DNA of 64,000 nucleotides from Candidatus Heimdallarchaeota archaeon (GTDB lineage Archaea; Asgardarchaeota; Heimdallarchaeia; JABLTI01). Positions 58,743 to 64,000 of this stretch are shown here, one piece after another; positions within the stretch are counted from its first letter, which is position 1; the number at the start of each line of letters is the position of its first letter. The translations under genes and the position numbers were made by a program. Where the stretch lies: NCBI GenBank assembly GCA_018238155.1, contig JABCTZ010000046.1, positions 192,001 through 256,000 of the forward strand. Reading direction: 5' to 3'. The notes under the pieces were generated by a model. It saw only the letters and a program-made list of their open reading frames with translations. It was not told where the DNA came from and did not search any database.

Positions 58743-59573
58743 TTAGCTCTTCTTAGATTTGCTTTTTTTCTTTGGTTTTTTACTTGAGGTTACTGATTTT
58801 TTCTCCTCATCTACTGATTTTTTCTCGGCATCAACAGATCTTTGATAGATTTCTTTGGCACTTTTGAAATCAAAAGATTCCTTGTCTTTGATTTTTTCTT
58901 CAACCAATTGACCATTCCTTATTATGAGAACGCGGTCAGCTCTTGCAGCCATTTCAGGATCATGAGTCGTCATAATGACAGAGATACCTTCTTTTTCGAT
59001 GAGTTCCTCAATCAAGTCCATAATTTCATCACCCAAGGATGTATCTAGTGCCCTCGTAGGTTCATCACAAATTAATATTTTCGGCGTATTGGCTATTGCT
59101 CGAGCAATTGCTACTCTTTGTTTTTGACCGTTAGAAAGTTGATGTGGAAGTTTATTAGCCATTTCAATCAGTTCTACTCGTTCCAATAAACGATATGCAA
59201 CAGTTAAAGCTAGTTTCTCAGATTTACCTGCAATGATCAATGGAGCCATAACATTCTCAATTGCAGTCATGCTAGGAATAAGATAGAATTCTTGAAAGAT
59301 AATACCAAGATGTCCTTGCCTAAAAATTCTAAATTCTTCAGAAGACATCTTTGAAATCTCGTGTCCATCAATTTTTATCTCACCAGTATTCAAGGAGTCT
59401 ATTCCATATAACAAGTTGAGCAAGGTTGTTTTTCCGCTACCAGAAATACCAATTATAGCCAACATTTCTCCTTTGTTTAATGTGAATGTAACACCTTTTA
59501 GTACTTCGAGCGGTCCGGAGCTTAACTCATATTGCTTGAAAACATTCTTACATTCTAAGACGATATTAGACAT
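58743..59573 (-). CDS. LolD/MacB-type ABC ATPase
   Basis: GISGSGKTT, LSNGQKQRVAIARA, ICDEPT, THD; likely ATG at 59573. Confidence 0.92.
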   Translation of the reverse strand: MSNIVLECKNVFKQYELSSGPLEVLKGVTFTLNKGEMLAIIGISGSGKTTLLNLLYGIDSLNTGEIKIDGHEISKMSSEEFRIFRQGHLGIIFQEFYLIPSMTAIENVMAPLIIAGKSEKLALTVAYRLLERVELIEMANKLPHQLSNGQKQRVAIARAIANTPKILICDEPTRALDTSLGDEIMDLIEELIEKEGISVIMTTHDPEMAARADRVLIIRNGQLVEEKIKDKESFDFKSAKEIYQRSVDAEKKSVDEEKKSVTSSKKPKKKSKSKKS

Positions 59574-60002
59574 TGAAATTTCCTTCTGTTTACAAACTAA
59601 ACAATTCTTTTCATTAGCGACTATATTTGAGGAGCATTTTATTATTATCATTTTTTTCAAGAAAAAAATCCCCTCAGATTCTTGAAAGTATGCGAATATA
59701 TTCTAATCTATTGGTTATATATGTTATTACTAACCAAAGATAAAAATGTCATTCTAAAATAATTGGTCCTTTCCAATTTACTGCTAAATTTAATTATTAC
59801 TGCAATAAGGAATTTTTTCAAATTTCTAAAAAGATTTTTTTAAGTATAAATTAATTCTAAATGAAACAGATACTTTGAAATAGACAGTAAATTGACTATA
59901 GATAGAAAATATCCTTTAGAAGTAAGGGAAAAACCGAACTAGAAGAATAAAAGGATTAATATTCAATAAACATCTAAATCTAATTTCAGAGCGTGAAAAC
60001 TT

Positions 60003-61007
60003 ATGACTGCAGAATCTCATGAAAGCAAAATTTTACTCGAATTACGCGACGTTCGAAAATGGTTTCCAGTAAAGGAACAAGGTTTTGTTGGCAGTAGGCA
60101 AGTCGCAAATATCAAAGCAGTTGATGGAGTCAATTTAGAAATCTACCGAGGAGAAACTCTCGGGTTGGTAGGTGAAAGTGGTTGTGGAAAAACAACTACT
60201 GGAAAAGTTATTGTTAAATTAGAAGTACCCACTACAGGACAGATTCTCTACAATGGACAAGATATCTATGCTTTCCACACAAAAGAAGATGAAATGTACT
60301 TTAAAAGAAATGTACAAATGATCTTTCAAGATCCTTACAGTTCACTCAATCCTCGTATGCTCGTAATGGATATTATTGGCGAAGGATTAGATATACATGA
60401 ACCAAAGATGTCAAAAAATAAGCGTGATGAAGTTGTATATGATTTACTGGATAAAGTAGGTTTAGAAAAATATCACGCAATGAGATATCCTCATGAATTT
60501 AGTGGAGGACAAAGACAACGTATTGGTATCGCTAGATCTTTATCTGTTAAACCAGAATTAGTGGTTGCAGATGAACCTGTATCTGCTTTAGATGTTTCAG
60601 TTCAAGCACAAATTCTTAATCTTATGCAAGATTTACAGAAGCAATTCAATTTAACATACATTTTTGTTGCTCATGATTTATCTGTAATAAAACATGTTAG
60701 TGACCGTGTGGCGGTCATGTATCTTGGAACAATTGTAGAATATGGTTCAAATAATCAAGTTTTCACTAAGACAGGACATCCATACACGGTTTCACTTATG
60801 TCAGCTATTCCACGACCCGATCCAAGAAGAAAAATGAAACGAATTGTTCTTCCAGGTGAACCCCCTTCTCCCATAAATGTTCCGTCTGGTTGTCGTTTCC
60901 ATCCAAGATGTTACAAATCTGACGGAGAAAAATGTATCAAAGAAGATCCACCAATGATTAATCTAGAACCTGGACATTCCGTTAAATGTCATTATCCAGA
61001 AGTTTAA
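60003..61007 (+). CDS. oppF: Oligopeptide ABC ATPase OppF
   Basis: [47 protein letters not shown]. Confidence 0.93.
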   Translation: MTAESHESKILLELRDVRKWFPVKEQGFVGSRQVANIKAVDGVNLEIYRGETLGLVGESGCGKTTTGKVIVKLEVPTTGQILYNGQDIYAFHTKEDEMYFKRNVQMIFQDPYSSLNPRMLVMDIIGEGLDIHEPKMSKNKRDEVVYDLLDKVGLEKYHAMRYPHEFSGGQRQRIGIARSLSVKPELVVADEPVSALDVSVQAQILNLMQDLQKQFNLTYIFVAHDLSVIKHVSDRVAVMYLGTIVEYGSNNQVFTKTGHPYTVSLMSAIPRPDPRRKMKRIVLPGEPPSPINVPSGCRFHPRCYKSDGEKCIKEDPPMINLEPGHSVKCHYPEV

Positions 61008-61021
61008 AGACATTATATTAG

Positions 61022-61065
61022 AAAAGGGCATTCAAACTTGCTCTTTTATATCCCTTTTTTGATTT
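61022..61065 (+). terminator. Hairpin plus T-tract after oppF
   Basis: AAAAGGGCA-ttcaaact-TGCTCTTTT then CCCTTTTTTGATTTTT. Confidence 0.45.
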
Positions 61066-61245
61066 TTCTTTCGATAATAAGATTTATCAATTATTTCTAG
61101 GTGCTAAAACAATATACAAATTAGATATAACAAGCGTTCAAAATTAATTGCTAGAAAGTCAATTAATAGATAAAATATTGAATCTTCAGAAAAGACTTAA
61201 TAAAAATAAAGATTGCTTGTTATCAGAACATAATCGGTGAAATAG

Positions 61246-62277
61246 ATGGAACCATTGCTAGAAGTAAAAAATCTTATGACTCATTTCTTCACAGAATCAG
61301 GTGTGGTAGAAGCCTTAGATGGTATAGAACTTACTGTTTATCCCAAAGAGTCTGTTGGTGTTGTTGGAGAATCAGGTTGTGGAAAAACTCAGACTGCTTA
61401 TTCAATTCTGAGAATTCTTGCACAGAATGGTCAGATAGTTGACGGAGAAATTTTTTACAAAGGACAAGATCTAGTAACATTACCTGAATCAGAAATGCGT
61501 AACATCCGTGGAAAAGAAATAGCAATGATTTTCCAGGATCCTATGACCTCTCTCAATCCAGTAATAAGAATTGCTGATCAAATGATTGAAGTTATTGCTA
61601 TACACAGAGATGTATCTGCAAATGAAGCACGAGAACTCGCTATCGATGCACTAACCGCAGTTGGTATTTCAGAAGCGGATAAACGGATTGATGAGTATCC
61701 TCACAAATTTAGTGGTGGAATGAGACAAAGAATTCTCATTGCACGTGCAATTGCCTTACAACCATCTCTATTAATTGCAGATGAACCAACAACAGCTTTA
61801 GATGTAACAATTCAAGCACAAGTACTTGAAATCTTTAAAGATATGAGAGAAAAATATGATTTAGCTATGATGCTAATTACGCACAATCTTGGTGTTGTTG
61901 CTGAACTAACTGAAAGAGTTCATATTTTCTATGGAGGACGTGTCGCAGAAGTTGGTACAACATTTGATATTTTCACAAAACCTATGCATCCTTACACAAT
62001 TGCTCTTTTAGAAAGTATTCCTTCTTTAGATGTAGATAAAGGTCGATTAGCAACCATTCCAGGAAGCGTACCTCAATTAATCAACCCCCCTCAAGGATGC
62101 AGATTCCATCCAAGATGTAGATACGCTAAAGAAATCTGTTCTAAAGATAGACCAGCTATGGAAGAAAAAGTTCCAGGAAGATTTGTTGCATGTCACTTCT
62201 GGGAAGAAGTAGAAATAAGTGATCTTGCAGAACAAGTAATTGGTCTAAAGAAGAATGATATTAAAAAACCTAAATAA
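61246..62277 (+). CDS. oppD: Oligopeptide ABC ATPase OppD
   Basis: [46 protein letters not shown]. Confidence 0.93.
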   Translation: MEPLLEVKNLMTHFFTESGVVEALDGIELTVYPKESVGVVGESGCGKTQTAYSILRILAQNGQIVDGEIFYKGQDLVTLPESEMRNIRGKEIAMIFQDPMTSLNPVIRIADQMIEVIAIHRDVSANEARELAIDALTAVGISEADKRIDEYPHKFSGGMRQRILIARAIALQPSLLIADEPTTALDVTIQAQVLEIFKDMREKYDLAMMLITHNLGVVAELTERVHIFYGGRVAEVGTTFDIFTKPMHPYTIALLESIPSLDVDKGRLATIPGSVPQLINPPQGCRFHPRCRYAKEICSKDRPAMEEKVPGRFVACHFWEEVEISDLAEQVIGLKKNDIKKPK

Positions 62278-62289
62278 TCTTTCATCTTT

Positions 62290-62310
62290 TTGTGTTGAAT
62301 TCCAACACAA
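62290..62310. terminator. Hairpin after oppD
   Basis: TTGTGTTG-aattc-CAACACAA followed by T-rich tract. Confidence 0.5.
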
Positions 62311-62509
62311 TTCCTTTTCATTTTATTTCTTTTGTTGTTTTGTAACTAGTCTAAATTTTAGTTTTTTTTTCGTAGATGAATTGTTAGATTTGGATAAGAA
62401 GATTTTTTTGATTAATATGATGTAACTACAAAATCATCTTAATTAGAAGAAGAACCTAAAAAAAAGATAGTAAGTTGGTTGTAGAAAACAACCGAACTCG
62501 TTGATTAAG

Positions 62510-63484
62510 CTAATCCTTTAATCTTGGATTCATTGCATCATTTAGCGCATCGCCTACTATGTTGAATGCTAAGACAAGGAAGAAAATTCCAAATCCGGCA
62601 ATGAATACTTGTTCAGGATTATTGATGAGATTTGTAACACCTTCGTTGACAACTCGTCCCCAGGATACTGTTTGAGGATCACCAAATCCAAGAAAAGTCA
62701 AACCTGCTTCTGCAAGAATATTTCCACCAATATTTAAGGTCGTAACTACAACCAAAGGTGATAAGATATTTGGCAGAACATGTTTTGTTATAATTCGCCA
62801 ATCGCTTGCTCCAAGACAGATTGCTGCTGAGACATATTCAAGAGTCATCACTCTTTTTACTTCAGCTGTTGTAAGACGCGCTAATCCAGCCCAACCAAAG
62901 AGCCCTAAAACTGAAATCATTATCGTTGCATGGCTCATGTTTTGCATGAATTCTATACGTCCGGACCTAAGGAATGATACTGCTACAATAGCTATTAGTA
63001 AGAAAGGAACGGCAAGGAACATATCTGTTAACCGCATGATAATTTCTTCTGTCAATCCACGGTAATAACCTGCTAAGGCACCTAAAATTACACCTATAAA
63101 TGTAGATAACATTGAAGCTGTAATACCTACAAGAAGACTAATTTGAGAACCCCAAACTATTCTTGAAAATAAATCTCTACCGAGTGTATCAGTTCCAATA
63201 GGATATTTCAAGCTTGGATGTTCATCTGCTCCTCCGCCACCATATTTATCAAACAGTGGATCAAGTGCAGTAGGATAATGCTGAGATATTAATGGAGCTA
63301 AAATTGCCATAATAACTACTATTAGAATAACAAAGAATCCATAAATAGCTAATTTATTCTTTTGAAATCGTTTCCAAACTGTAGACCAATGAGATGGTGA
63401 TTTCTCTACTGGAGCCTCATCACCTATACGCAGTAATTCTGCTGTACTTTTTCCTTTTGTATCTTTATCTGTAACTGTTGCCAA
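62510..63484 (-). CDS. oppC: Oligopeptide ABC permease OppC
   Basis: WKRFQKNKLA, GTDTLGRDLFSR, EYVSAAICLGA (EAA), EAGLTFLGFG, GDALNDAMNPR. Confidence 0.93.
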   Translation of the reverse strand: MATVTDKDTKGKSTAELLRIGDEAPVEKSPSHWSTVWKRFQKNKLAIYGFFVILIVVIMAILAPLISQHYPTALDPLFDKYGGGGADEHPSLKYPIGTDTLGRDLFSRIVWGSQISLLVGITASMLSTFIGVILGALAGYYRGLTEEIIMRLTDMFLAVPFLLIAIVAVSFLRSGRIEFMQNMSHATIMISVLGLFGWAGLARLTTAEVKRVMTLEYVSAAICLGASDWRIITKHVLPNILSPLVVVTTLNIGGNILAEAGLTFLGFGDPQTVSWGRVVNEGVTNLINNPEQVFIAGFGIFFLVLAFNIVGDALNDAMNPRLKD

Positions 63485-63502
63485 TAATAATGTCCTCCAG
63501 TA

Positions 63503-64000
63503 TTAAATTTCAATCCGCGGATCTACCCAAACATAAGCGATATCTGTAATTAGATTTGCAACGAGAATCATCAGAGTGATAATCATGCTAATTGCCATAA
63601 TTAGTGGATGATCTAATTTTCCAATATATTGAACGAATTTTCGTCCTAATCCCGGAAAAGAAAAGACCGTTTCTGTTATCGGCGTTCCTGATAACACACT
63701 TCCAACAAATAAGCCTATATACGTCACCACAGGGAGTAGTGCATTTCTCAAGCCATGGCTAATTAACACTGCTCTCTCGGAGAGACCATTAGCTCGAGCT
63801 GATAGAATGTAATCTTGTCTTAAGATTTCCAACATTGAGCCTCTTACCAATCTTGTAAATAATGCAAGACTAGAAAAGACAAGTGTTGTTACTGGCAGAA
63901 TCATGTAATATATGGTATCACCAGTATGAGTAAAGAATGACGTAAAGAACTCTCCCAGCTGTCCATTCCATAGACCAACCCAATGAGTAATAGGTTCCGG
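63503..64000 (-). CDS. oppB: Oligopeptide ABC permease OppB, 5'-truncated by the window edge
   Basis: ILPV, RGSMLEILRQDYILSARANGL, HGLRNALLP, ETVFSFPGLG, DPRI; frame open to 64000. Confidence 0.92.
   Translation of the reverse strand, partial: PEPITHWVGLWNGQLGEFFTSFFTHTGDTIYYMILPVTTLVFSSLALFTRLVRGSMLEILRQDYILSARANGLSERAVLISHGLRNALLPVVTYIGLFVGSVLSGTPITETVFSFPGLGRKFVQYIGKLDHPLIMAISMIITLMILVANLITDIAYVWVDPRIEI

Noticed and set aside
59574-59660. Cys-containing N-terminal extension of the ABC ATPase
   Set aside because: Probably an upstream in-frame artefact; the LolD-type domain starts at the ATG at 59573

Overview
AT-rich chromosomal segment of an archaeon, almost certainly Asgard and probably Heimdallarchaeia-like (inference). 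Archaeal core genes are present (TBP, B-family DNA polymerase with PIP box, HflX, NurA, HARP RNA-free RNase P, beta-RFAP synthase, THEP1 NTPase, GGTGA/GGAG Shine-Dalgarno sites, TATA boxes). So are several eukaryotic-signature proteins: an EAP30/ESCRT-II-like protein, an Arf/Sar-type GTPase, a two-domain gelsolin, a longin-like protein, a RING protein and a site-1-protease-like subtilase. The window also encodes many membrane-anchored surface proteins, a split Opp/Dpp ABC system, a MacB/FtsX-type ABC pair, and a small decayed island with a DUF6516 (TumE-type) toxin-antitoxin pair. I found no tRNA, rRNA, CRISPR array, transposase or integrase. The most striking candidate for a new system is a two-gene operon (15276->10018) whose products resemble an integrin beta/alpha pair. 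The first is an Ig-like domain with an inserted MIDAS/ADMIDAS-type vWA domain plus a TM helix. The second is a DxDxD-loop propeller/Ig ectodomain plus TM, whose cytoplasmic tail ends in a zinc ribbon and a RING, i.e. a possible adhesion receptor wired to ubiquitin ligation. Its upstream region shares a palindromic motif with the promoter region of a membrane-tethered wHTH regulator operon 15 kb away. Other highlights: a TATA-driven ~90-nt structured RNA with an Sm-site-like/anti-SD linker, a surface protein with a ~140-aa Ile/Val/aromatic beta-prone stretch, a circularly permuted OppA, a GMHH-motif IleRS with a possible Ile leader peptide, and three small genes missed by the ORF track. All domain calls come from motif recognition by eye; no searches were run.
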